Below, in pieces: positions 1 through 9,771 of a stretch of DNA of 64,000 nucleotides (its first letter is position 1; the number at the start of each line of letters is the position of its first letter). Made by a program: the position numbers and the translations under genes. Origin of the DNA: Gammaproteobacteria bacterium (lineage in GTDB: Bacteria; Pseudomonadota; Gammaproteobacteria; Eutrophobiales; Eutrophobiaceae); the NCBI GenBank assembly GCA_965221695.1, contig OZ244905.1, positions 992,001 through 1,056,000 of the forward strand, in the 5' to 3' direction. The notes under the pieces are model-generated. The model ran no database searches. It was not told the DNA's origin and was given only the letters and a program-made list of their open reading frames with translations.

Positions 1-83
1 GGGCCCTCAAAGACCTGCCCCAATCCGAATACCTGGACGCCCTGTTCGCGCTGGCCCGTTTCGCCACTGAACGAGATTTTTAG
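1..83 (+). CDS. ispB: 3' end of polyprenyl (octaprenyl) diphosphate synthase, partial
   Basis: Frame from nt 3 reads ALKDLPQSEYLDALFALARFATERDF*, resembling the IspB C-terminus; TAG at 81-83; followed by tRNA-Pro. Confidence 0.65.
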   Translation, partial: ALKDLPQSEYLDALFALARFATERDF

Positions 84-265
84 ATCAGTATCGGAATAAC
101 TCCTTGTGGCCATGCAAACGATTTTTCGGTCAGCTCCGTTCCCGCATTTGCAAGGTTGGCAGAGCAATTCTTACTATAGACGGAAACCGTTCAGTAAGGT
201 AGAGTTTACTTTTAAGGTTAAAATACGGACATAAACAATCTGTTTGCTGTCCGGTTTTTCCGTAT

Positions 266-342
<77 letters not shown>

Positions 343-404
343 GTTCAACTCGGAATATCCTGTCTGTTTTCGTCAGTCAGTCTAGACGAGGATTATTGTA
401 AATG

Positions 405-442
405 ATATGGTTACCCGTATTGAATTATATGGGTAACCATAT
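405..442. promoter_or_regulatory. Inverted-repeat operator overlapping the vapB start
   Basis: ATATGGTTACCCGTAT-N6-ATATGGGTAACCATAT; position typical of TA autorepression. Confidence 0.65.
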
Positions 443-686
443 GAAAACTACCATCGACCTGTCAGACGCCTTGATGCTCGAGGCCAAAGCTCTTGCCGCG
501 AAACGCGGCATCACTTTTCGCTCGGTTGTTGAAGAGGGCCTCCGCTGTGCGCTGAGAGAGGCGCAACAGGCCGAGGCATTCGAGCTGCAAGATAAGAGCG
601 TGCCCGGCAACGGGTTATCGGCTGAGTTCAGAAATAAATCTTGGGCGTTTATTCGTCACCGCGTTTACGAGGGGCGCGGCAGTTGA
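441..686 (+). CDS. vapB: VapB-type (RHH, DUF2191-like) antitoxin
   Basis: MKTTIDLSDALMLEAKALAAKRGITFRSVVEEGLR; stop overlaps PIN gene start (TTGA). Alternative start at 429. Confidence 0.85.
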   Translation: MKTTIDLSDALMLEAKALAAKRGITFRSVVEEGLRCALREAQQAEAFELQDKSVPGNGLSAEFRNKSWAFIRHRVYEGRGS

Positions 687-1117
687 TTGCCGTTGACACC
701 AACATACTGGTTTATGCCCACAGGCGGGATTCCGAGTGGTATGGTCGCGCCGCAGAAACGGTCAAAGAGCTTGCCGAAAGAGGGCATGCTTGGGCCATAC
801 CTTGGCCTTGTATTCACGAGTTTCTGGCGATTACTACGCATCCTCGTATTTACGACCCGCCTTCTTCGGTGCGCCAGGCTGTTGAGCAGGTTGATGCCTG
901 GACAGCTTCGGGAGCATTGTCGCTTATTGGCGAATCAACCGATCATTGGTCGCAGTTGGCCTCGCTGATTGCGGATGGCCGAGCTCGTGGCCCCGTTATT
1001 CATGACGCGCGAATTGCAGCTATCTGCCTGGCTCATGGAATTCGGGAATTCTTGACAGCGGATAGAGATTTCAGCCGGTTTCCGTCGTTGAAGACGCGTA
1101 ATCCTTTATTCGACTGA
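683..1117 (+). CDS. vapC: VapC PIN-domain ribonuclease toxin
   Basis: TTG start, IAVDTNILVYA, E in CIHEF, HDARIAAIC, TADRDFSRF. Confidence 0.92.
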   Translation: MIAVDTNILVYAHRRDSEWYGRAAETVKELAERGHAWAIPWPCIHEFLAITTHPRIYDPPSSVRQAVEQVDAWTASGALSLIGESTDHWSQLASLIADGRARGPVIHDARIAAICLAHGIREFLTADRDFSRFPSLKTRNPLFD

Positions 1118-1126
1118 CAGTTACTT

Positions 1127-1900
1127 ATGACAACTATTACTCGCAAACCTGTTATCGCCATCACGGCCGACCAGATTATGGTCCGGGACATAATGCCTGC
1201 CGCGGCAGTTTACGATATCTACATCCATGCTGTCATTCACGCCGCGCGCGCCCTGCCCTGGATAGCGCCACCTGTAGGGGAGTTGCTGGACATTGGCGCG
1301 CTGCTCGACAAGGTGGATGGAATCGTCTTTACCGGCGCTCGCTCCAATGTGCAACCATGCTATTACCATGGTGAGGCAGCATCGGAAAATACACCGCAGG
1401 ATCCGCAACGGGATGCCACCACCTTGCCGCTGATCCCGCGCGCGCTAGCTGCGGGCATACCCATATTGTGCATCTGCCGTGGGATACAGGAACTCAATGT
1501 GGCTCTGGGCGGCACACTGCACCAGAATCTGAGCGACATGCCAGACAAGCTGAGCCACATAATGCCGGAGAACTGGAGTCTCGAACGGCGTTTTGCCCCG
1601 GCCCATACAATCCACATCGAAACCGGAAGCGAACTGGGAAAGCTGAGCGCGGCAAAATCGGTCAGGGTCAACAGCGTTCATGAGCAAGCCATCGACCAAC
1701 TGGCCGGCGACCTTATCGTTGAAGCCCGGGCGCCGGACGGGATCATCGAAGCGGTCCGGGTCCGGGACAGTAAAGCATTCGCGCTCGGTGTGCAATGGCA
1801 TCCGGAGTGGGACTGGCGCAGCCATTCCCTTAATGAAAAACTCTGGACGGTTTTCGGCGCGGCCTGCCGTGGCGGAAAAAAGAGAACTGCTGACAGGTAG
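1127..1900 (+). CDS. Gamma-glutamyl-gamma-aminobutyrate hydrolase family (peptidase C26, PuuD-like)
   Basis: KPVIAIT, FTGARSNVQP, LCICRGIQELNVALGGTLHQ, VNSVHEQ, GVQWHPE. Confidence 0.88.
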   Translation: MTTITRKPVIAITADQIMVRDIMPAAAVYDIYIHAVIHAARALPWIAPPVGELLDIGALLDKVDGIVFTGARSNVQPCYYHGEAASENTPQDPQRDATTLPLIPRALAAGIPILCICRGIQELNVALGGTLHQNLSDMPDKLSHIMPENWSLERRFAPAHTIHIETGSELGKLSAAKSVRVNSVHEQAIDQLAGDLIVEARAPDGIIEAVRVRDSKAFALGVQWHPEWDWRSHSLNEKLWTVFGAACRGGKKRTADR

Positions 1901-1913
1901 AAGACTCTTGGAG

Positions 1914-3344
1914 GTGGTGAACTTACGGGGAAGAGGTTTTGCTGCCGGCGTTGCTCTCTGGCTTGCCAGTATCGCCGGGCATGCGGACGGATTGCCGAAA
2001 CCCATCGATTTTGTCGTCAAAGGACATAAAATTTCATCCGATTCCTACAGTCTTTTTGTCAAGGAAGTCGGCAAACAGGAACCGGTCCTGGCAATAAATC
2101 CGGAACTGGCCTTGAACCCCGCGTCCGTTATCAAAATTATCCCCACACTGGCTGCCCTGGAGTTGCTGGGTCCGGCCTACCGCTGGAAAACCGAGGTATA
2201 TATTCTGGGTGGAATCGGCAATGGAATTTTGCAGGGCGACCTGCTGTTCAAGGGTTACGGCGATCCGCATCTTGACATAGAGGATTTTCGTAAAATTCTG
2301 GAGGAGCTTAAGCGGCGCGGTATCAGGGATATCACCGGCGACCTGTTGATTGACGATTCCTATTTCAACATTGCATACGAAGATCCAGGCGCGTTTGACA
2401 ATGACCCGCACCGCACCTACAACGTCCTGCCGAACGCTTTCCTGGTTAATCTCAAGGCTGTTCATTTCCATTTTTATCCTGCCGCAAACAGCAGAAATGT
2501 GTTGGTATATACCGAGCCTGAGCTGCTCGGACTGAAAATCGATAACCGGTTGCGGCTGCGCAAACGTTATTGCGGAGGTTTCCAGAGAGGCATAGCGGTG
2601 ACTGTTCCGGACGGGAGAGTCGCCGATCAGGTCATTTTTTCAGGGAAGTTCCCGACTGGCTGTGACCACTATATCCTGTCCCGGTCGTTGATGACCCATA
2701 ACTCCTATGCTTACGGGGTCTTCAGCGCTATCTGGCGGCAACAGGGCGGAACTATCGCCGGACAGGTCAGACCAGCTACTGCGCCGGCGACAGACACACC
2801 CTTTCTGACACATCATTCCAAACCTCTCGCGGATATTATCAAACTGATCAACAAGTTCAGCAATAACGTCATGACTCGGCAGCTACTGCTAACCCTGGGC
2901 GCTGAACTTGAGGAACATCCGGGCACGGTCAAAAAAGGCATTCGGGCGCTTCACAGCTATCTTGCCGGACTCGGTCTGGACACGCAGTCGCTGAATATCG
3001 ACAACGGCTCCGGACTGTCAAGAGAGGCGCGCGCCTCGACAAAACTACTGGCTGACCTACTGGAACATGCCTGGAACATTCCCTACCGCCCTGAGTTCAT
3101 CTCATCGCTGGCGATTACCGGGGTGGATGGCACCGCAAAATCCCGGCTCAGGAACAAGTCTGCTTCCGGAGCTGCCCATGTCAAGACCGGCACAATAGAC
3201 GATGTCTCCGCCGTGGCGGGATATGTCCATACCCGGTCCGGTCGGGAGTATATCGTTGCAGGGATGATGAACGGGAAACTTGCCCATAAGGGCCACGGCA
3301 AGGAACTGATGAACGCCCTGATTAGCTGGGTCTATGGTCTTTAA
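1914..3344 (+). CDS. dacB: D-alanyl-D-alanine carboxypeptidase/endopeptidase PBP4 (peptidase S13)
   Basis: PASVIK (SxxK), FSNN (SxN), DNGSGLS, VKTGT; signal-like N-terminus; start uncertain (GTG 1914/1917). Confidence 0.92.
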   Translation: MVNLRGRGFAAGVALWLASIAGHADGLPKPIDFVVKGHKISSDSYSLFVKEVGKQEPVLAINPELALNPASVIKIIPTLAALELLGPAYRWKTEVYILGGIGNGILQGDLLFKGYGDPHLDIEDFRKILEELKRRGIRDITGDLLIDDSYFNIAYEDPGAFDNDPHRTYNVLPNAFLVNLKAVHFHFYPAANSRNVLVYTEPELLGLKIDNRLRLRKRYCGGFQRGIAVTVPDGRVADQVIFSGKFPTGCDHYILSRSLMTHNSYAYGVFSAIWRQQGGTIAGQVRPATAPATDTPFLTHHSKPLADIIKLINKFSNNVMTRQLLLTLGAELEEHPGTVKKGIRALHSYLAGLGLDTQSLNIDNGSGLSREARASTKLLADLLEHAWNIPYRPEFISSLAITGVDGTAKSRLRNKSASGAAHVKTGTIDDVSAVAGYVHTRSGREYIVAGMMNGKLAHKGHGKELMNALISWVYGL

Positions 3345-3377
3345 AAATCTCTAAAATGCCATTCGTGGCAATTACCC

Positions 3378-4112
3378 TTATACTTGCCACAATCTGAAGC
3401 TGCAGGAAGGCTGATCGACGGCCAGGGCGGCGGCATGACTCCCGGGCACAGGAATATTTTTTATCAGCCACCGGGCACCATCTTCAACCCCACTGCGCAG
3501 GGTCAACTCCGCATACTGTTCATCCGGACCGATACTGACATCAAACTCCTTAAGGCCGTAGGAGACCCCTGCTCCCAGCGCTTTCACAAAAGCTTCCTTG
3601 CGAGTCCAACAGGCAAAGAATGCCCTTAGACCATCTTCCTCCGGACGCTGTGCCAGGGCCAGTAGTTCCGCTTCGGAAAAATATCGACCAGCCAGCTTCC
3701 TCCACATCAGTTGCGGCCTGATTTTCTCCAGGTCCACACCCAGCCTCCCCTCCAGGGCTAGCGTCACCAATGCCAGGCCATGGGAATGGGATACATTGAA
3801 TGCCACAGTCTTACCGAAGGCAGGGATATCAATACATGGCTTGCCGCTCGCGCCATACTGAAAGTCAGCGCCAGCAAGATCCAGACCGGCCACTCTTGAC
3901 AGCATCAGCCTGAGCAGGCCTCGGGTGACGATATATTCCCTGTATTGGGCTTTTGATCTGAACTTTTGCGCGCGTGCCAGTTCCGACTGCGACAGACACA
4001 TCGCGTATGACCGTAGCTTTGCCTCTTGGGCTTCAGTTGAGGTCAGCCAGACATCGACATGGCCTCGGGACATTTCGAGATGAGCAGGCGCTTTTTGCCA
4101 ATGTTCATTCAT
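3378..4112 (-). CDS. Sfp-type 4'-phosphopantetheinyl transferase
   Basis: FNVSHS, LGVDLE, WTRKEAFVKALG. Confidence 0.92.
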   Translation of the reverse strand: MNEHWQKAPAHLEMSRGHVDVWLTSTEAQEAKLRSYAMCLSQSELARAQKFRSKAQYREYIVTRGLLRLMLSRVAGLDLAGADFQYGASGKPCIDIPAFGKTVAFNVSHSHGLALVTLALEGRLGVDLEKIRPQLMWRKLAGRYFSEAELLALAQRPEEDGLRAFFACWTRKEAFVKALGAGVSYGLKEFDVSIGPDEQYAELTLRSGVEDGARWLIKNIPVPGSHAAALAVDQPSCSFRLWQV

Positions 4113-4243
4113 GGACGGGATTCTATCCTTTTTTACGAGCGCGTAGGCAGCCAAATCGTATTTCCTGCCAGCTCCCTCGTTGCCATCACGCGGTTTATTC
4201 CTGTCAGATTGCAGATTAAATCGGGAATATCCTTTATCATAAT

Positions 4244-4276
4244 GGAAGCTCTGAGACTTAATCAGAGGCTCCCTAA
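4244..4276. mobile_element. Minimal MITE-like scar (two IS5-like inverted ends joined)
   Basis: GGAAGCTCTGA-gacttaa-TCAGAGGCTCCCTAA; same end motif as 11518-11676. Confidence 0.5.
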
Positions 4277-4291
4277 CAACAAAGGTAACAA

Positions 4292-4945
4292 ATGTTGAAA
4301 CTATATAACTACCCTAAAACACGAGGATTTAGAGTAACCTGGATGCTGGAGGAACTGGGCGTAGACTACGAATTTGAACTGGTGCCGTTTGGCCCCAACG
4401 GTTTTGCCTCCGAGGACTACCTGAAAATCAACCCCGCCGGGAAACTACCTGCCTTACGCGATGGCGACCTGCTGCTCACCGAATCAGCGGCCATCGTCGC
4501 TTACCTGGGCGATAAATTCCCCGAACAGGGGCTGGTCCCAGCGTCGGGAACAGCCGCTCGCGCAAAATACGACCAGTGGAGCTACTTTGTGCTGTCAGAG
4601 CTCGAACAACCCTTGTGGACAAAAGGAAAGCACACATTCATACTACCGTTGGACAAGCGCGTGCCGGCAATAATTGAAACTGCCGGATGGGAATTCCAGC
4701 AGGCCATGAACATACTCAGCAACGGACTGGGGCGCAATAAGTACATCCTCGGGGATTCATTCAGCGCCGCGGATATTCTGATAGGCCATACCCTAAGTTG
4801 GGCTCGGATCGCAAAACAACCGGTCGAACATCAGAACATCAAAGATTACGCCAAACTGCTTTTGAGCCGGGACGCGCTGCAGCGAGCGCAGGATCGGGAA
4901 AACGCAGCCCTGCATGCCTGGCAGAAAGACTCTCCCGCTGGTTAA
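4292..4945 (+). CDS. Glutathione S-transferase family protein
   Basis: RVTWMLEELG, INPAGKLPAL, LTESAAI, FSAADI. Confidence 0.92.
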   Translation: MLKLYNYPKTRGFRVTWMLEELGVDYEFELVPFGPNGFASEDYLKINPAGKLPALRDGDLLLTESAAIVAYLGDKFPEQGLVPASGTAARAKYDQWSYFVLSELEQPLWTKGKHTFILPLDKRVPAIIETAGWEFQQAMNILSNGLGRNKYILGDSFSAADILIGHTLSWARIAKQPVEHQNIKDYAKLLLSRDALQRAQDRENAALHAWQKDSPAG

Positions 4946-5889
4946 AAATGCGAATATCCGGTTATTTCCGGAATAAATTCGTCTCCATCCTTACGCAGAC
5001 AGAGTAGTCCCTTTTCCGCTGTTGTCATGCCGACAGGGTATACCGGTTGGCCGATACGATCCAGTTCCTGCAACCTGTCTGCCGGCACGGTAAAACAGAG
5101 TTCATAGTCATCCCCGCCACTGAGAATGAAACGCCACTTCCGAGCAGAGTCGGACTCCAACTCCATGTGCGGGTCGAATGGAATAGCATCAATATCGACC
5201 CGGGCGCCGACGGAGCTGGCATCAAGTAAGTGGCCCAGGTCGGCGAGCAGTCCGTCGGAGATGTCGATCATGGCGCTTGCGACCCCGCGCAATGACTTCC
5301 CTAGCTCCACCCTGGGAACCGGCTGTAGCAAGCGTCTTTGAAAATTGGCCGGTGGAGTCCGACCAGAGTTGATCATTTCAAGCGCATAGGCCGCGCCACC
5401 CAAACTGCCGCTGACATAGATTTGATCGCCCACATTGGCGCCACTGCGCCGAATCTCGCGGCCCTTGGGACACTGGCCGATAATCTGGATTGTCACTGCC
5501 AGCGGCCCTTTGCTAAGGTCCCCGCCGACCAGGGCAACGTCATATTCACGAGCCGGTTGCGCCAGTCCGGAGGCAAATCCGCGCAACCATTGATGACTCA
5601 TTTCTGTCTCAGACAAGGTCAATGCCAAGGTAAACCAGCGCGGAACGGCAGCCATCGCGGCCATGTCACTGAGATTTACGACCAACGCCTTATATCCGAT
5701 ATCGACGGGATCAGCATCGGGAAAAAAATGAACGCCGCTAACCAGACTGTCTGTGGAAACTACCAGGTGGGAATCCGAGTTTGGGGCCAGCAACGCGGCA
5801 TCATCCCCCACACTGAGCAGAACGCCGGGCGCATCGGGAGTCAAACCGGCAAAATATTCTTCTATGGCTCCGAATTCGGTCAAGGACAT
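4942..5889 (-). CDS. thiL: Thiamine-monophosphate kinase
   Basis: VGDDAA, NLSDMAAM, GGDL, IDISDGL, GGDDYELCF. Confidence 0.96.
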   Translation of the reverse strand: MSLTEFGAIEEYFAGLTPDAPGVLLSVGDDAALLAPNSDSHLVVSTDSLVSGVHFFPDADPVDIGYKALVVNLSDMAAMAAVPRWFTLALTLSETEMSHQWLRGFASGLAQPAREYDVALVGGDLSKGPLAVTIQIIGQCPKGREIRRSGANVGDQIYVSGSLGGAAYALEMINSGRTPPANFQRRLLQPVPRVELGKSLRGVASAMIDISDGLLADLGHLLDASSVGARVDIDAIPFDPHMELESDSARKWRFILSGGDDYELCFTVPADRLQELDRIGQPVYPVGMTTAEKGLLCLRKDGDEFIPEITGYSHF

Positions 5890-5907
5890 GCCGATTCGGC
5901 GCCGACG

Positions 5908-6396
5908 CTACACCGGATTCCCGCTGGCGCGGGAACAGGCAAACATTTCTGAAGCGGCCTCCGGTCGCAGATTTTGCGCTGCCTGGTCCAACACAGCATT
6001 GATGTATTTGTAGGAATCTTCCGCCCCGAACAACCGCGCCAGTTCGACCGCCTCATTCAGAACAACGCGCAACGGCAAGGCGGGTTGATGGACGAGTTCG
6101 TAAATGCCCAAGTACAACACAGCTCGTGTGATCGGGTCCAGTTCATTCAGTTTCCTATCCAGGAAAGGATTTAAAACATCCCTGATCTGTGTTGAATTGG
6201 TGGAAATACCGGACAGTATCTCCCGGAAATATTCCCCGTCGGCCTTCTTCAATTCCTTTCTTTCCAGTTCAAACTCAGAGATGATGCCGAGCATTGTCTG
6301 CTCAGTGAAAAACCACTGATACAAGGCTTGAACCGCAGAGCGCCTTGCCCGAGCGCGCGCGCTCGCAGAGTGGCGGACCATGTTATTGTCAATCAT
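5908..6396 (-). CDS. nusB: Transcription antitermination factor NusB with C-terminal extension
   Basis: RARRSAVQALYQW, VVLNEAVELARLFG, YINAVLD. Confidence 0.95.
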   Translation of the reverse strand: MIDNNMVRHSASARARARRSAVQALYQWFFTEQTMLGIISEFELERKELKKADGEYFREILSGISTNSTQIRDVLNPFLDRKLNELDPITRAVLYLGIYELVHQPALPLRVVLNEAVELARLFGAEDSYKYINAVLDQAAQNLRPEAASEMFACSRASGNPV

Positions 6397-6402
6397 AAGG
6401 GA

Positions 6403-6468
6403 TCAACCGCTCGTAATGATATTCATACTGATGCAACATTGTGCGCTGCGTTGAAACACTTCATTACC
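6403..6468 (-). pseudogene. Possible eroded 3' remnant of ribH (lumazine synthase)
   Basis: With frameshifts reads GN-K(C)F(N)AA...M..LRAV versus RibH-type GNKGFDAA..IEM..LLRA, in the position ribH normally occupies upstream of nusB. Confidence 0.3.
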
Positions 6469-6489
6469 TATATACTACCCTTGCTATAA

Positions 6490-6560
6490 TAGAAATTTTT
6501 GACTAAGTCAGAGGTTCCAACGGTACAGGGATGTACCATCAAAATCAATGACTTTGCTGT
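6490..6560. mobile_element. Truncated copy of the IS5-end-like MITE
   Basis: TTTGACTAAGTCAGAGGTTCCAACGGTACAGGGATGTACCATCAAAATCAATGACTTT aligns with 11528-11585. Confidence 0.7.
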
Positions 6561-6567
6561 GTAAATT

Positions 6568-7680
6568 TTATTTACGGCGCGGTCTGAACACAAATCGCCA
6601 ATCGTCATCAAAGCGGCAGCAATCCACCATTTGCAGTTCTTGACGCTGTTCCAGTGTGTTGATTACGGGCAGTTCCATCATGTTCCTGGCAGCCGCGCCC
6701 AGTATCACCGGCGCCTGGTAGACCACCAACTCATCGATAAGACCGTAATGCAACATGCTGCCGGTCAATATCGCGCCCGCCTCCAGCAACAGGTCGTTCA
6801 CTTCCCAACTCAGCGCCAGCTCTCGCAAAACATCCGCCAGGAAGTCACTCTCTTCGCCATTGATGAAACGCACACAGGCGCCGGCTCGCGCCAGCCTCCT
6901 ATGCAGCCGCTGATCTCCGTTGCGTGTAAACAGGATCGTTGTTCCATGCAAACCCAGCATCTGCGCGTCGGCGGGGAAACGCAAACGGCGGTCCAGCGTC
7001 ACCCTCAGGGGTTGTCTTCCCGCGGTATCCACATCACGAACATTGAGACGCGGGTTATCCGCCAGCACGGTGTTGATGCCGGTCATGATAGCCGAGCTTG
7101 CCGCGCGCAAGATCTGCGTGTCGCGCCGGGAAGCCGCGCCGGTAATCCACTTGCTCTCCCCGCCCGCGAGCGCGGTTTTACCATCGAGACTGATCGCAGA
7201 CTTCGCCCGCACATAAGGCCGGGCGCGTGTCATCCGGAAAAAAAAACCCTTGTTGAGTTCCGTTGCCTGCTGTTCCATCAGACCAGCGTCGACCTGGATC
7301 CCGGCGTCTGCTAATGCTTTTATTCCGGCGCCCGAAACTTGCGGATTCGGGTCCTGGACAGCGACCACGACCCGGCTTACACCCGCCCCGATGAGCGCTT
7401 CGACGCAAGGCGGGGTTCGTCCGGAGTGAGCGCAGGGTTCGAGTGTGACGTAGACCGTCGCGCCACGCAGGTTGCAAGAAGCATCATTTAGCGCGTTAAT
7501 CTCGGCATGGGGTTCGCCTGCCTTGTGGTGCCAGCCGCTGCCCAGGATCTGCCCATTCCCGGTAATAACACACCCCACCCTCGGATTCGGGTGGGTAGTG
7601 AATCGGCCCCGGTTAGCCAATTCCAAGGCGCGAGCCATATAAGCGGAATCGGCCGCGCTCCAGCCTGCTTCAGTTTTCAC
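6568..7680 (-). CDS. ribD: Bifunctional riboflavin deaminase/reductase
   Basis: [37 protein letters not shown]. Confidence 0.97.
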   Translation of the reverse strand: MKTEAGWSAADSAYMARALELANRGRFTTHPNPRVGCVITGNGQILGSGWHHKAGEPHAEINALNDASCNLRGATVYVTLEPCAHSGRTPPCVEALIGAGVSRVVVAVQDPNPQVSGAGIKALADAGIQVDAGLMEQQATELNKGFFFRMTRARPYVRAKSAISLDGKTALAGGESKWITGAASRRDTQILRAASSAIMTGINTVLADNPRLNVRDVDTAGRQPLRVTLDRRLRFPADAQMLGLHGTTILFTRNGDQRLHRRLARAGACVRFINGEESDFLADVLRELALSWEVNDLLLEAGAILTGSMLHYGLIDELVVYQAPVILGAAARNMMELPVINTLEQRQELQMVDCCRFDDDWRFVFRPRRK

Positions 7681-8176
7681 GCCCGTTGAGCAAGTCCAAT
7701 TGGAATTTTTTCAGCTCCGGGGGCATTTCATCTTCCAACCTCGCAATCTCCTCCAGAAATGCTCTGACATCGGCAAAACTCTGATAGACGGAAGCAAACC
7801 TGAGATATGCCACCTGATCGACAGATTTTAATTCTTCCATGACCCAGTCTCCTATTTTTCTCGATTTAACTTCCCGCTCGCCGAGGGATCTCAGCTTGTG
7901 TTTGATACGAGCAATGGCGCTTTCCACTTTCTCCATCGCAACCGGTCGTTTCTCCAAGGAACGTAAAATACCGGAACGCATCTTTTCCTCAATAAACTGT
8001 TCGCGCCGCCCATCAGACTTAACAACTCTTGGGTAATTGAACTCCGCTGATTCATAACTGGTAAAGCGTTCTTTGCATTCCAGGCATTCACGCCGGCGCC
8101 GGACCTGATCCCCCTCGTCAGCCACTCTGGAATCTACGACCCTGGTATCCTCATATGAACAGAACGGGCAACGCAT
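7670..8176 (-). CDS. nrdR: Transcriptional repressor NrdR
   Basis: MRCPFC, RRRREC, ATP cone, [10 protein letters not shown]. Confidence 0.97.
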   Translation of the reverse strand: MRCPFCSYEDTRVVDSRVADEGDQVRRRRECLECKERFTSYESAEFNYPRVVKSDGRREQFIEEKMRSGILRSLEKRPVAMEKVESAIARIKHKLRSLGEREVKSRKIGDWVMEELKSVDQVAYLRFASVYQSFADVRAFLEEIARLEDEMPPELKKFQLDLLNGREN

Positions 8177-8210
8177 GTCTCTGATTATATGTCAAACAGC
8201 CTGAAAGATT

Positions 8211-8320
8211 CAGATGGTTGCAATAGCATTTTCAAGACACGCTGTGAATACATCCATGTACGCTCCACTCCAGCCATCCATGGTTTCCGAGGGTCTAAAA
8301 AATGCTATTCCAACCATCTG
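8211..8320. repeat. 110-bp palindromic intergenic element
   Basis: CAGATGGTTGcAATAGCATTTT...AAAATGCTATTcCAACCATCTG arms, with internal TACATCCATGTA and CCATCCATGG mini-palindromes. Confidence 0.75.
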
Positions 8321-8333
8321 ACAGATACCAACA

Positions 8334-9587
8334 TCAAGCATACATGGGAAAACGTTTACACAATACTTTTACTTCCCGTTTTATTTTCTCAATCAGCGTT
8401 TCATCTCCCATGTTGTCAATAATATCGCAAATCCAGGATGCCACCCGAACCGCTTCGGCCTGTTTGAAGCCGCGGGTGGTGATCGATGGGGCGCCAATAC
8501 GGATGCCGCTGGTAACGAAAGGCGATTGGGGATCGTCAGGCACCGCATTTTTATTCACGGTAATATTGGCCCGATCAAGAGCCGCATCCAGGTCCTTGCC
8601 GGTGATGCCCTTGCTGACCAGATTAACCAGGAACAAATGGTTGTCAGTGCCGCCGGATACGATGTCAACGCCTCGCCGGATAAATTCCTGGGCCATTGCC
8701 CGCGCATTCTCCATGACCTGTTGCTGATATGCCTTGAACTCAGGTTCCATGGCTTCTTTGAAGGCAACGGCTTTTGCCGCAATTACATGCATCAACGGCC
8801 CGCCCTGGTAATAGGGAAAAACACTAAAATTCAGTTTCTTTTCAAGATCCGGATTGGCCTTGGCCAGAATCAGACCAGAGCGGGGACCGCGCAAGGTCTT
8901 GTGGGTCGTGGTCGTTGTAACGTCCGCGATGTTGACCGGGCTAGGATACAGCCCGGTGGCGACCAGTCCCGCTACATGGGCGATATCAGCTACCAGATAG
9001 GCGTTGACCTGGTCTGCGATCTCCCTGAATCGCTGCCAGTCCAGTCTGCGCGAATACGCGGAAAAACCGGTCATCACAAGTTTTGGCCTGTGTTCCAGCG
9101 CTAGTTGTTCCGCGGCGTCATAATCAATCTCCCCGGTCTGCGCATTCAGACCATACTGCACCGCCTTGTAGACTCTGCCGGAAACGTTGACCGAAGCGCC
9201 ATGGGTCAGGTGACCGCCGTGGGCAAGACTCATTCCCATGATGGTATCTCCCGGCGCGCACAACGCCAGATACACCGCGCCGTTAGCCTGGGAGCCGGAA
9301 TGGGGCTGGACATTGGCATAATCGGCTCCGAACAATTCGCGGGCGCGATTGATGGCGAGTTGTTCCACCACATCGACATATTTGCAGCCACCGTAATAGC
9401 GTTTGCCGGGGTAACCTTCCGCATATTTATTAGTCAGCACTGATCCCTGCGCTTCCAGTACCCGGGGACTCACGTTGTTTTCCGATGCTATCAATTCAAT
9501 GTGTTCTTCCTGTCGGGTCCTCTCACCTTGCATAGCCTGATAGAGCGCCTCGTCGTACCCTTCGATTTTCATATCTTTGTCAAACAT
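8334..9587 (-). CDS. glyA: Serine hydroxymethyltransferase
   Basis: [33 protein letters not shown]. Confidence 0.98.
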   Translation of the reverse strand: MFDKDMKIEGYDEALYQAMQGERTRQEEHIELIASENNVSPRVLEAQGSVLTNKYAEGYPGKRYYGGCKYVDVVEQLAINRARELFGADYANVQPHSGSQANGAVYLALCAPGDTIMGMSLAHGGHLTHGASVNVSGRVYKAVQYGLNAQTGEIDYDAAEQLALEHRPKLVMTGFSAYSRRLDWQRFREIADQVNAYLVADIAHVAGLVATGLYPSPVNIADVTTTTTHKTLRGPRSGLILAKANPDLEKKLNFSVFPYYQGGPLMHVIAAKAVAFKEAMEPEFKAYQQQVMENARAMAQEFIRRGVDIVSGGTDNHLFLVNLVSKGITGKDLDAALDRANITVNKNAVPDDPQSPFVTSGIRIGAPSITTRGFKQAEAVRVASWICDIIDNMGDETLIEKIKREVKVLCKRFPMYA

Positions 9588-9600
9588 AACTCACCTTCAC

Positions 9601-9689
9601 AATCTCTGTTTAATTCAGAGGTTGCTACGGTACAGGGATGTGCGCGCTCTGACAAGTCCCGGCCGGATTTGTTCGAAGCTCCTGTTAAG
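9601..9689. mobile_element. Internally deleted copy of the IS5-end-like MITE, in the glyA leader
   Basis: TCAGAGGTTGCTACGGTACAGGGATGTG joined directly to CGCTCTGACAAG...GATTTGTTCGAAGCTCC, matching both ends of 11518-11676. Confidence 0.65.
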
Positions 9690-9771
9690 CTATTCATGTC
9701 AAAGCGGGTGTGACAGATAACAAATTTACACAAAATAGCCTGTCGCCCGCGCACGGGCGTATAATGGCACA

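Noticed and set aside
1680-1913. Long N-terminal extensions in the ORF track (dacB 1680, serC 25196, Smr 37710, GNAT 44631, vapC 641, rnt 28475)
   Set aside because: They overlap neighbouring genes; downstream starts fit the families better.
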